From positions 1-64,000 of the forward strand of contig JAVECO010000014.1 of the NCBI GenBank assembly GCA_051942205.1: a stretch of DNA of 64,000 nucleotides. The letters run 5' to 3'. The notes under the pieces were generated by a model, which searched no databases, had not been told where the DNA came from, and saw only the letters and a list, made by a program, of their open reading frames with translations. A program made the position numbers and the translations under genes. Shown one piece after another: positions 1-11,623 of this stretch. How positions within the stretch are numbered: position 1 is the stretch's first letter; each line of letters starts with the position of its first letter. This DNA comes from Coniocarpon cinnabarinum. Lineage: Eukaryota.

Positions 1-122
1 GCAATGCGGATACCAGATGACCTCGAAGAGCTTGGTAAGACGACTAAATCGATTTGGTCAAGGATGAAACATAACGAAACCATCTCATATATACAGGAGA
101 TCAGAGGGCGGCGACGGAATAA
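1..122 (+). CDS. possible 3' end of a gene running in from the left edge (...AMRIPDDLEELGDQRAATE*)
   Basis: Open frame from base 1, GTAAGA donor at 35, TACAG acceptor at 96, in-frame TAA at 120-122. Too short to identify. Confidence 0.3.
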
Positions 123-659
123 AGACAACTTTGTGATAAACTAACACACCACAAGCGACCCGTCCCTACGCTCGCACATTATACTATATCACAGGTGTCA
201 GCTGTTGGCGATGTTAGTAATAGGTGGGATGTTGAAACGATAATTTTGTCCCTCTGCATCGCTGTGACGCAGAGACTTGGTCCGATGATTTACCGGGCAC
301 GATCACGTGGATATCTGTTCCAGTCGGCAGGGTGAATGGATAAAAACCTCATTCTCTGGAAATAATTCGCCAGGATCAAAGCAAAGCCGAGACGTGATCC
401 AGTCACCTAAAATGCTCGATGCCTCTCTAACAGAAACCTTGGCGAACATAAGACTCGAAAGCCAGTAAAAGTACTCGCGACAATTCTCTTCGTGATCTAT
501 GTAGAAATTGCACATGTACAACGGGCTATAATGAGCTACTCGACATCAATAACCTCTTTACTCTACATACACTTTCGTCCTCTCTTCCCCAATGAATGCT
601 ATGTCTCACAACCATTGATAATATTTGAGCTCAAACGCTCCACAGCGCTTAGGTGCCTC

Positions 660-3600
660 TCACTCGACACTCACGTCTTCATGAGGGGATGGCTCGTACA
701 TAGAGCCACTCGCTTCGCGATCATCAGCCAGCTCCCGCACTCTCAGGGGCCGATTGTCTGAGTCTTGCGTGAAACTGCTGCGAACGCGAATGCTGCTTAT
801 CTTGCTCGAAGACGGGTCTGCCGAGTCGTCCGTGGCTGTTTTCGACTCAGCCTGTGTTTGCTGTGTCTGCGAGGGCTCGTAGAGAGACCCGCTCGCTTCA
901 TCTGGCACTGGGTCACTCCTTGCCTTGTTCGCGCTTTCGACAGGCGCAGCGTCGACCTCCATGACATCGCCAGCAGCATCGTCAAACTCTTGAGCTTCAT
1001 GTTTCTCCATGTCTTTGCGCAATTCAGCGTGCTCGTGCTCCTGACTGCCGTGGTCGAAGATGTGGGCGGCGTGATTCATTCGCTGTGCGCCTTCCACCAA
1101 GCCGTGTGGAAACATCTTGTGCATGACCTTCTCATGTTTGGAGGCTGGACCTAAGCCTGAGTCACTGGGCGGACGGCTATCTGGTGGCTCAACAGGAGAA
1201 ATCTGATCGTATCCAGGAGACCCTGAACCAGATGAGCCGATTGCAGAGTTGTAGTCGCCAGTCGACTTGGGCCCATCTGTATCAACGGGGCTCAGAGCAT
1301 CTTCAGGACTCCCCTGGCTACCCTTGTCTTGCTCTGCCATTCGGCGTTCATGTACCTTGCGCAAATTCTGTGGGCTACTGATCGACCTCTGGTCTGGCTT
1401 ACCATCTTTGCGAATTAGGATACCGTGCTCGTTGCGTATTGGCCTTTGACGGGTCCGTTTTGTTGGCCCAGGGTCGACATACTGTAATGGCGCACTGCTA
1501 CCAGACGTGCCACGTCTGACGAGAGTGCCACGCTTATGAGCACCGGGGCTGAGGGGTGGTCTGGCCGAGCCAGCAAGAGGTCTGTGACAACTGTCGATTT
1601 CAACATGCTTGTGCTCCCAAGGGTCATGCTCCCAGTCCACGACGCCAGGCTCTTGCGCAGGATTCAGCCTTGATGTTGCTGGCCGGATGTTTCCCCGACT
1701 GCTCTGATGCATACCGCTCTGGTGCATGCCCCGGATCGGCGGCAAGCGCTGAGCTTCAGCCTGCCACGGTTCCTGTGATGATGACCGAATGGGAGCCAAT
1801 GCAGGTGGTGGTGGTGCCGGCGCCGTGGCCACGTGAGGACCGTAAGCAGGCATTGCGTCACGAGTTGCAGTGTGATACTCAGAGCGTGGGCGTTTATGGG
1901 CTTCGACCATATTTGGGCTCGCTTCCAGCGACTTTCTCTTGTTCACGTTGACCGCGTTCCAGCCTCGCGGTGCGATATCTTGATGACGGCTTGGGGGAGG
2001 CTGCACAGGCGTTTCAGTAGTTCGAGGTGGGATGGCAGAGTGAGATTGCTGGGGTGTTGGTGGGACCACGCTTGTCTCCTCCATGCGCTTGAGCTTACCC
2101 TTGAGCGCAGTCATTTCAAATCGCAGGCCATCAATCTCACCTGCGCGTGAGGTAATGCGATGCACTTGGTCAGCCAAAGCGTCTAACGTGGCTGAGTCCT
2201 CCTGGCCTTCGTGAGAACGACGGACCCCAGACTGGATTTCATAGCGCATTTCAGCCATCAAGCCCTTCAACTGGCTCATTTCCGCTTGAATGCTGGAAAG
2301 GGCGCCGTCGAGACGGTTGATGTCAGCTCGTTGCGTTTCCATTGAGTCGGCAAATCGATGCCGGGTGCTTTCAGCTTGCGTGATGCCATTGGCTTGCGGA
2401 ATACTACGGCCGTTTGCAATGGGACGAACCTCGGACGAGTCCCTTGAATGCGATCGATGTTCTCGCCTCTGACTGGTTTGGATTTCGTGTACAACAGGAA
2501 GGATGCGCTTTCCAAATGTGCTTGGAGACAGTCGTTCGTGAGTTCGCCGCTCCCACTGTTCGTGCACCGTACTCCATGGCTCCTTGGCCTTTTTATTCGA
2601 GTGAGTATGCAGACAACGACATACCAAACAGGGACAGCAAACTTACCATGATGCCACGTGCGGCTTCGTAGTCAGGGTGTTCTAGTTGAGGCATGGGCGC
2701 AGTTCGGGACGGAGATGGGGAGAGAGTATCGTCGTGGGTTGGCGAACTGGCCGTGGGAAGCGTTTGGGCCTGCGGATTAGGAAGAATCAACGGTTTCTCA
2801 GCTGTGCCTGAGTCTTTATCCACAAGATGAATATGTTCAAGTCTGAGGAATAATTTGTGTCTGACATGCGTTAGCGAGCGTCATGTGTAAGCCGTCCGTG
2901 TCCCATATGAAACAGTAAAGCGTAATCGCATGTAAGAGAGCACTTACTTAAATGAGTGCTTATCGTTTGGAGCGCTGATGCATTGAAACGCCAATCGATC
3001 TGTACAGGATGTACAGGCGAGGACCTGGACAATACTGCAAAGAAGGAACGAGTTAGCTAGATGTGTCCAGGATGTTGCAGTTTGACACAGGTATTGTTAG
3101 AGTAGGGTGGGGCCAGAAAGGAGGTACGATGATCACGAGAGTCGTGTCGGGTGGGAACGATGACAGCTTGTAAGCGAAGCGAATAGGCTTTAGGGAAGCG
3201 AGAAAGGGTTCATTCGGCGAGCAGCGGATCTTGCTAATGAGGGTAGTTCTGCATTGGGAAACGGATAGTGGTGCCAAAGCAAACCAGACGCTGCCGTTGA
3301 GCAGCGTCCGGCATGCTCGCAAAAGGTGAGTGCCTGTAGCGCGAAAAGGGAACTGTGCAAGGGCCGAAGACGCCTCGCGACATTGTTGCAACCAGTAAGC
3401 CCCCGGCTCTGAAACATGCTGAATCAGAAGAGGACCAGGACCCCCGGACCCAACCGCAGACAGCCGAGTGAGCGGCATCGTAAAAGGGTATAAGGACGAC
3501 TGGTGCGGACTAACACACGGCGTATTTAGGCAGAACAGATATTCTGTAAGAGCCGTCGTTGTTTCCCTCAACAGGCTGCCGTGTTGCACCGTGCGTCAGA

Positions 3601-4180
3601 TCCGAGGGGTGCTTGCGTCGCAACTTTGGCACCAAAACAGCAACTGCTTACCGGATGCAGAGATTGGCTTGCGAGCCGTCTTACGCTTTCTGACACTAGC
3701 TGTCATATGCATGGATGCGTTTCGCGTGACCTTGATGACGGATACGCGAGCAGAGGGCGTGGTGATGGACGGTTCTGATGAAAATGTGCGGAGGACTTAC
3801 CAACCGTTCAGCGCTGGGTCGTTCTTGGGACTGAGTGCTTTGGTAGGCCCGTCTGGCCGCAACTCCACACGCCCCAGGGCGCCTTCGTCAAGATTCTGGT
3901 AATACGACCCCGTAACTTTGCGAAACTTGTTGGTGATTTTCCCAAACGGATGATTGCACTTGGCACAGTGACCGTCGCGGGTGCTGAATACAGCCTGGTC
4001 GGTGGATGCGTTGGGTGCCGCCGTGGTGTAATGCTGCATGCCTGAGTTGGGAGAGTAGTCGCCAGTGTCGGAGGAGAATGTGAATGTGCGGTTCAGGCTG
4101 GGCGTGCTGTCCTCGCGGGGCCGGGCGTTCTTTGGTGGATGCGATGGGGTGTACGATTCATTGAACCTTACATTAGGCAT
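660..4180 (-). CDS. conserved fungal protein with N-terminal Yippee/Mis18-like double-CxxC zinc-binding domain, coiled coil and long low-complexity tail
   Basis: Exons 4180-3801, 3034-2948, 2860-2647, 2588-660 join in frame via GTAAGT donors and CAG/CAG/AAG acceptors. Protein reads GHCAKCNHPFGK...LNGC|IVQVLACTSCTDRLAFQCISAP...K|HKLFLRLEHI...GIM|AKEPW. The TG|T junction rebuilds a Cys codon. Confidence 0.8.
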
Positions 4181-5023
4181 CGGACACCAGCGGCGTAAGT
4201 ATCAGGTGGCTGCGTGAGGAATAGGTGTGAAAGGGTCCAGCCGCGCCGCAGTGCAAGTCGCAGAACAGCAGGAGGCGGACTGGGGGAGGAGGATGATGGT
4301 GATAATAATAAACGAGGATCGGCGAGAGCAGGATGCTCAAATAAGAGAATGATTATGTGATAAGTACGACAATACGGCGATGCTCGGCTTCTGGAAATTG
4401 AGTGATGTGGAGCCGCGGCGCGCGTGTGTTGCGGAAGCAAGCGCGTTGGCAGAGGGCGACAAACACACACACGAGCGGCGGCGGTGCATGCGCGAAAAGA
4501 CGAGGGCGTGAGATTTTCAGCCGGGCGATCCCACTCAACGGCCGCAAATAGATAGAACGAAGGAGGGAGAGGGGAAAAGGGGAGGGAAAAGCAGGACGAG
4601 TGGGTAGGCAGGCAAGCAATAGATAAGAGCGGCGTGGCGGTGGGAGTAAATAGGTATTTTCGCAACGGCGGTCGGATAGAGCAGGAAGCAGGACGCAGGA
4701 CAGGACCAGACAAGACCAAGTACGGAGTACCTGCGCCGCGAGGTTAGAAGCCAGAGGCGACACGCACGGGGACACGAGAGAAAAAGGCAAGCAGCAGCCT
4801 AAAGCGCTTAGCTGGCTTAGCTGGCCACGCTACGCTTTGCCTCGTTGCGCGGGCTGCGGCAAAACGCCAGACGCGCCAGGAAGAAGAAGAAGAAGCAGGC
4901 GGAGGATGAAGAGGAGCAGGAGCAGGAGTAGGAGGAAGGGCGTCGAGGAGTCAGTCACAGCAGAACAGCAGAACACCACGCGTAATCCATGGGGGACGCA
5001 CCCAAGCATCCACGCATCGCAAA

Positions 5024-5062
5024 TCCACTCCACTCCAATCCAATCCAATCCAATCCAATCCA
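5024..5062 (+). repeat. pentanucleotide microsatellite (TCCAC)2(TCCAA)5 containing five tandem CCAAT boxes
   Basis: Read directly; CCAAT at 5035, 5040, 5045, 5050 and 5055, in the divergent intergenic region between the 4180 and 5744 start codons. Confidence 0.85.
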
Positions 5063-5743
5063 GGGCCCTCGCCGAACTCAATCCCCCTTCACCTCTCCGC
5101 GTCCGTTCTCCATCGCCCATCGCTGCCATCCTCGTCGCCGTCCTCTCTCCCCCAATCCTTTCTCTTCTCGTCCTCGCTCCACTCCTCGCTGCCTCCTCAC
5201 TCCCCCCCAGCAGCAGCCAGCAGCAGCCAGCAGCAGCGACAGTCGCCGCCGGACTCGCGCGCTTACGGTGGTTCGGCCATCCACGACCGGCGCCTTCGAC
5301 AGTTCAGCCCTTCACCTCTCGCGCTCCTCCATTCGCCCTTTCACCCTCCTCCCCCCCATCTGACCTGTCCTGGGCTTGTCCTCTTCCTCCCGGCGTTCGT
5401 CATGGCTCACCGATACTTGGCCTGACGCCCTCGCCGAACGCGCGCTGCTCTCGCCCTACCTTACTCCTCTCTGCCTCGTCCTTTCCTCTTTGATCCTCGC
5501 CACGCTCAGCAGCACCACGTTCTGTCGCCGTCGTGATCGCACTGCCCATCACGCTGCGGCGGCGTGGTTGCCATCACTCCCGCGCCCGGAACCAGCCTCG
5601 CGCCCTCCTCTTACCCTCTCGTACTCTGACACCCCCCCATCACACACACACCACCACCACGGCGCCGCCTTCGCCCAAGGCTTATTCGTGGGCCGTCCGT
5701 CGGAGAGGGGTCGATTTGTGGATCCCCACACTCACAGCCAGCC

Positions 5744-8326
5744 ATGGACGCTTACCTGGCGGCCACCGGGGCGGCGGACGAGTATGAGTATCAGACGTCG
5801 ATGCCGGCCTTTAACATGATGCCACCGTCAGCCATGTCCTGGCCACCGCCCAACTCCAGCTTTGCCGCCATGGAGGGCTCCATCGACCACCCGTCTCACC
5901 TCCATCATTCTCAGGACCCGAATTCATCATCGTCTTCTGTCCCCCAGAATTCTCAGCCCATCCCAGCCTATTCGCATCACCAGACGTCTTTTCATCAGCA
6001 GCCAATGCCGCATTCGCGGCCCATGATGAACGAATCCAGCTGGCAATACGCGGCGGCCGCTCCGACGCATCCGCAGTTGCCCCCTCACCATCAGCAGTCG
6101 TCCCAGCCCATGATGGGCCACAATCCTATGTTAAGTCAGCCGCAGTACGGTGCCCAACCCTTTGTTCACCACGGTCACGCCCAGGCCCAGCAGAATCAGC
6201 CCGTACACCACCACCAGTCGCCCCAGTCTTTCCAGGCCCAAGGTCTTCAGCCCGCCTCCATCGACTTCAGCATGGCTCAGCAACATCATCACCACCAGCA
6301 GCAACAGCAGGCTGCTCTCAATCAGCAATATGCCATGACGTCCGCGGCTGAGTCCCGTCAATACATGCCATACACTTCGTCGATGGAATACGGTCCCCTC
6401 CACGTGTACCAGCACGATCTTCATTCCGGCCTCTCCGGGTATCCTATGGACCACCAGCAGCGTATGCAACAGGACCAACACTACGGACAGTCTCCTCCGT
6501 TTGGCCAGGCGGGCACTTTGCTCGGGACCTCACCCGAGAGCGCGACCTTTGAGAATCAGTCGTCCACCGGCAGCGAGTGCAGTTGGCACATGGTCGAGTA
6601 TCCCACCCCTATCCAACCACGCTCATCTTTTGAGTCTCAGTACGACATGCAGCCGGCTCATCAGCAGCAACAGCAAGCGACCGCCGTGTCCAACGCCGGT
6701 GTGGCTCCCCAATTGCTTCACCTTCGCACCACCTCGGACGCCACCAACCCGGACAACATTGGCTCGGCTAGCTCTAACCACTCATTCGGTAGCTACGATG
6801 ACGTTGGCTTTCTGGCCGGCTCGCCTCATTCGGAGAACAGTCTGGAGCTTGCAGTGATTCCTGTTCAGCCCACGGTCATGCCAGCCACCAGCGCTGAGCA
6901 CACTACCTCACCCGATCATCTCTCCAATGCGTCGTCATCGTCTTCGCCGACATCCCCCACTGTGACGTCGCCCGTGCAGTCTCGTAAGCCTGCCGCCAAG
7001 AACACCGGCACCACCATGACCAAGGTGGTCAAGAAGAGCGTCACACAGACCAAGAAGGCCGGTGACAAGGAGAAGCGTGTCGGACGACGCAAGGGACCGC
7101 TGCGTCCGGAGCAGCGTGCGCAAGCCAGCGAGATAAGAAAACGCCGTGCTTGTCTGCGTTGCAAATACCTGAAGAAGACGTGTGATCCCGGTGATCCATG
7201 TGCTGGATGTCAGCCCGCGCATGCTCGTCTCTGGCAGGTACCGTGCACCCGGATGGACATCAAGGAGATTGGCTACTTCATCAAAGACTGGACTGCTGAT
7301 TATCAGCGTCACGTGACATTGGGTTTCAGCATCGCCAACATCCGCGGGTACTCTCCGATCGAGCGCCCACTGTTCGTCACCCACGGCTTTGGCTTTGTCC
7401 TGCCCATCACTGCTCGCGAGGTGTTTGTTCGTGACGAGGACTGCTTCAACGTTGACTGGGTCGAGACCAACAAGGAGAAGCCCGATGAGTTCGAGACCCA
7501 GACGGCGCGGCTGACGGCCGGCATCGACGGCGTCTCCATGCCCGTCTTATCCGACTACATCGACAAGCACATTGCGGAGGGCTTCGAGAAGTGGGTGGAT
7601 CAGCACTTTGAGGGCACTCTCTTCCTGACCGAGATGCTCAAGACGGCTCACAAGTACTACGAGCGCACCAAGATTCCCGTCATCTTCAAGGCTCTCAAGT
7701 TGATCGTGGCCTACAACATGACCCAGCACGTCACCATGGTTGAGGGTGTTTCCGACGAAGAGGGCTTCGCGGGCAAGATCGACGACGAGAATTCCAAGTA
7801 CTTCGGCAAGACTCTGGCCCCTGTCATGATTAACTTCCAAGTGAAGCACTGTCTGGCCATGATGTGGCGTGAGCTTCAGCGTGAGGTGCTCGAGGAGCTC
7901 TCCGCCTTGTACTCTTCGGTCTACAGCGGTGAGAAGTTGAAAAATTGGCCGACCATTTTCATGCTGGCCACCATCCTCTTGGCGGTGTGGGAGGAAATCA
8001 AGTTTGACGCGCACTACCGCATCCCAGATGCCGATACGGTCAAGAAATTCTGCGACGAGATGGAATCCACTCCCGTCGGCGTCATCGTTGGCCTCTTCCA
8101 GGCCATCTCCACCAAACTCCCCGCCTTCCAGGAGTGGGACACCGACAAGCACCACCAGGTTCTCAACTCGAATTACGACATCTGTGACACCCTGACGGAG
8201 GTCCGCGAGCATGTGCTCAAGTATGAGGAGTACCTCAAGAAGCGTGTCGACTGCAAGTTCGACCGCCAGGACTTCGACTGCTTGTCCAGCTCTCTCCTGG
8301 CCCGGCTCGTCATCCGCGTGAATTAG
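5744..8326 (+). CDS. Zn(II)2Cys6 (C6 zinc cluster) transcription factor, 860 aa, intronless
   Basis: Basic region KRVGRRKGPL then ACLRCKYLKKTCDPGDPCAGCQPAHARLWQVPC (CX2CX6CX5CX2CX11C); Q/H/S-rich N-terminal half; globular C-terminal half with strong codon bias. Confidence 0.9.
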   Translation: MDAYLAATGAADEYEYQTSMPAFNMMPPSAMSWPPPNSSFAAMEGSIDHPSHLHHSQDPNSSSSSVPQNSQPIPAYSHHQTSFHQQPMPHSRPMMNESSWQYAAAAPTHPQLPPHHQQSSQPMMGHNPMLSQPQYGAQPFVHHGHAQAQQNQPVHHHQSPQSFQAQGLQPASIDFSMAQQHHHHQQQQQAALNQQYAMTSAAESRQYMPYTSSMEYGPLHVYQHDLHSGLSGYPMDHQQRMQQDQHYGQSPPFGQAGTLLGTSPESATFENQSSTGSECSWHMVEYPTPIQPRSSFESQYDMQPAHQQQQQATAVSNAGVAPQLLHLRTTSDATNPDNIGSASSNHSFGSYDDVGFLAGSPHSENSLELAVIPVQPTVMPATSAEHTTSPDHLSNASSSSSPTSPTVTSPVQSRKPAAKNTGTTMTKVVKKSVTQTKKAGDKEKRVGRRKGPLRPEQRAQASEIRKRRACLRCKYLKKTCDPGDPCAGCQPAHARLWQVPCTRMDIKEIGYFIKDWTADYQRHVTLGFSIANIRGYSPIERPLFVTHGFGFVLPITAREVFVRDEDCFNVDWVETNKEKPDEFETQTARLTAGIDGVSMPVLSDYIDKHIAEGFEKWVDQHFEGTLFLTEMLKTAHKYYERTKIPVIFKALKLIVAYNMTQHVTMVEGVSDEEGFAGKIDDENSKYFGKTLAPVMINFQVKHCLAMMWRELQREVLEELSALYSSVYSGEKLKNWPTIFMLATILLAVWEEIKFDAHYRIPDADTVKKFCDEMESTPVGVIVGLFQAISTKLPAFQEWDTDKHHQVLNSNYDICDTLTEVREHVLKYEEYLKKRVDCKFDRQDFDCLSSSLLARLVIRVN

Positions 8327-11300
8327 AAATCGCGCAAGCTACTGACGAATTAGCCCTGTTCCAATGGTGTACGGAGAAAACAGGTACACCTTCCCCAGCA
8401 TCCTGCCTGGGTGTCTGCCATTTTACGCTGTCATTCCGAAATTTGCCACATCTACCCTTGCAATGTTCACATCACCCACAATATTCCGACACTTTCCAGT
8501 ACCCGAGACTCTGTCGGCGGCAATCTGACTGGATCTTGTCAACTTATGTCATCTACGACGATCTGCACCCAAAAAAATGTTACCAATGCGATTTACGACT
8601 CATGACAGCGAGGCGTTCTGTGGGTATCAGTCCCCGCGTGCGTGCCAGCCAGCGAGCTCATCAAGAACCGGACGACAATGACTGGGCACCATCGTCGTCC
8701 GACTCAACGATCTCGCCATCGCTGTCGCGCACATCCCCTTTGTTTCAGCACCTCAATTTTTTTTTTTTCGCACGCGCACTGCTTTTCTAGTCTGCTTTCA
8801 ACCTGCAACGACGCCACGCATCTTCTCTCACGGCGGCGGCAAACTTTAACGGAAAACGGAAACGGCCTCTTCATCACGAATGCGACATACGTTCACATGA
8901 CACAACAAGTGCTCACGGCCCCCCTCACACGGATGGGCCCCGGAGCCATCTCAGATCTGGATTTATGGTGGATGTTTCCCCACGGCAATCACGAGCGATG
9001 ACGGTGATCTCCATCGATTCGGTTCGATTCGACGATCTCAGGGCGGCTCTTTGATGACATCTCGACTGGAATCTAAATCTACGGGCTTGCATCGCAAGGC
9101 GCTGGGCATCGGGATTCTTTTCTCTTTCTTTACTTCGATTCTATCTACTCACTTCACCTGCAACTGGCGTCCATCTGGATCGTGCGGCACGGTCGAGGTC
9201 TACATTTACTGATTCAGTCGTCGCAGCTACCGACGCTTTTTACACTTTTCATACTCTCGCTGACGCCCGTCATCGGCTTGTTCTGGTACACTTTCTGCGC
9301 ACGTTTGGATCCCTCGTTAATTACTGACACTGACGGGCGCGAATACGCGGGCGTGGAACTGTGGAAGACTTGTTCGTAGGCTAGCTAGCTGGATAGCTTT
9401 CTCTGTAGCTTTGGTGATGTGCTTGCTACTTCATACATTCCGGATTAGTAGTCTGAATGTACACTCACCATATCTTGTTGTCTTTCTTCGGGCTTCTCCA
9501 ATAGGCTCTTCAGTGCAGGTGACTCCGTTGGACTGTCACACATGTCAAGTGCCCATCAAAATCCGAATCGCTTGAATCGCCCCTTCTTCCAGTCTTTTTC
9601 TTCCTTCCTGGGTCTCATCGTATTCTCTCGCTGTTCCTGCTGAGTTGTATGTGCTCGGCGTGGCAGGAGACGAGTCTAGAGGGCGGTTGACCTTTGTAGG
9701 CCGATTGATGCAAAGGCCTCGTGGGAAAGTGCGTGCCGCATTCTCATTCAGCGGCTTGTGAGTCCAAAGGGCGTTCGCCGTCGGACTTGCAGCGCTGTGA
9801 CCCGGACTGATCTCGCCGTACGGGCTCGTCGCCTGGACTGAGGCCCGGCGATGACATGTGTCTGTGACCTTTGATGGGTGTAGAGCAGTGCGTTGACGGC
9901 GACCGTCTTATGATTAATTGGAGTGAACTACCTGGGTCTGATCTTCAGATCACTGCATAAGTGGCTCACGCTGAGTCACTTGCATTGCGTCTGGAGGTCG
10001 CATAACACTTCTTCTTCTTTTCCCTCACTGAACCACGCCGCGAACCTCTTTCTACACGAATGAATGAACGAACGAACATGAGTCGTAGTCGTCGTGCACC
10101 CTTCATGCATGCAAGAAGTATCTTCACGCAGCAACAGCGGTGGCAACAGCAGCAATAGCAGGCACGGTCGGAAACGTCCAGCTATGGCTTCAAGAATGCG
10201 TACATGATGACGAATGAAGAGGAAGCAGTCCTGCTGCAGAGTTCTTCAGACTGGATTCGATTACTCTGTCATGTGATGGATTGATTTCAAGGCTAATTGG
10301 GTCATAGTCGACGTTTGATTACGCACATGCTGCCCTTTTCCATCCCATTTCGATGCTCGTTCGGTCCTTGCATATACTAGGTTTTTGTCGGATGGCTCAT
10401 TCACTTGAAATCTTGTCAAGCTCTTGTCCATTCGCCTCGTCCTTTTCCTCACCTTGGTTTACTTCTTGCTCTTCTCCTTGTTCTTCTTCGTCCATCTCAT
10501 CCCACTCCAATTCCCGCTCTATCCTCCTCTAAATCTCCTCTCAACCTCCTCCGAATCTCGATGCTGATTCCAATGACAAAGCCCAATCTCCATACCACCA
10601 TTGTCAACCTCTCCGGCGCTGGCTAAATCCTTGCAAAGAAATAGCGATCTACAAGCTGTGGAATCGAATCGCCATCATACCATCGCTTACATTCAGATTC
10701 GAGACGTTTCATGCAGTCAATGATGTCTCTGGGAATCATAGTGCAGAGGGAAAAGAAGTGACGCCGTGCTACCGATGGAAGAAGTAAACATGGAAGATTC
10801 CGCAAGCGGTACTGAAAGCGACCTTGCAAGTGAGGCCGGCGACAAGCGTGAAATCACTACTCATTCCCGTTAGCCACGTCAAGCGGCGTTGAAGGAAACT
10901 TTCAAATCGAGAAGATGGCGAGACTGAGTTTATGATAGCGCGTTTGAGGGATAGATAGATGGGCCGCAGCCGATTTCATCTCTATTGAAGACGATGTTGA
11001 AACTTGCTACTATGTGCCTTTCACAAGATCTGGCAATGAAGGAGTCTTAGCAGCACAGAAATACCCCATTCTGCGTAAATGCAAGAAGGACAAGACTTCT
11101 ATGATCACTTCAAACATCAACACTCCCAGATATTTTTACTCTTTGAGACGGATCACAGAGACCTGTTGAAGAGCAGAAGATGAGCGATCTACAGGCACAA
11201 ATCTGTGTTCGTAATCGCGATTCTTCCGGGAAATGGAGATTCATCGTGATTGAGAGGAGAGATATTCGCTATCCATATTTACACCTCGTCCTTGAGTCCT

Positions 11301-11623
11301 TTGACGCAAACATATGGTGCCTAAAAGGCGCTATACTCAGGCACTGAAGTCATCCAGCTGCTCGCTCGTGTCTTTGTCGCAGAGCCGTGTCCTCCATTTG
11401 TAGCAATCTCGCCCTTTTCATCTAGAGAATCCACCTGCTCTGCAGCACTTGCTCCTTCTATTCTTTGAGGTTGAATACGCAACGACTCCTCTCCTCCGCC
11501 GCTTCCGTGCCACATCATCCAGAATTCTTGGAAGATGAGCCGCTGCACCGTCGGCCATTCACGTTCCTCGCATCCCTCGCATCCCTCGCATCCCTCACTC
11601 AACCCGCCCTCAGACAGGGAAGT

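Noticed and set aside
4837..5493. 218-aa ORF upstream of the C6 factor, and similar ORFs at 33-36 kb
   Set aside because: Low-complexity translations of GC-rich promoter/5'-UTR DNA, many with non-ATG starts and no recognisable domain.
7547..8212. Long antisense ORFs (e.g. 221 aa here; also 36923-37612, 52873-53616, 32143-32784)
   Set aside because: Shadows of codon-biased sense genes, with no motifs of their own.
9010..9040. GGTTCGATTC resembling a tRNA T-loop
   Set aside because: Part of a short TTCGA repeat; no acceptor stem, D-arm or anticodon arm.
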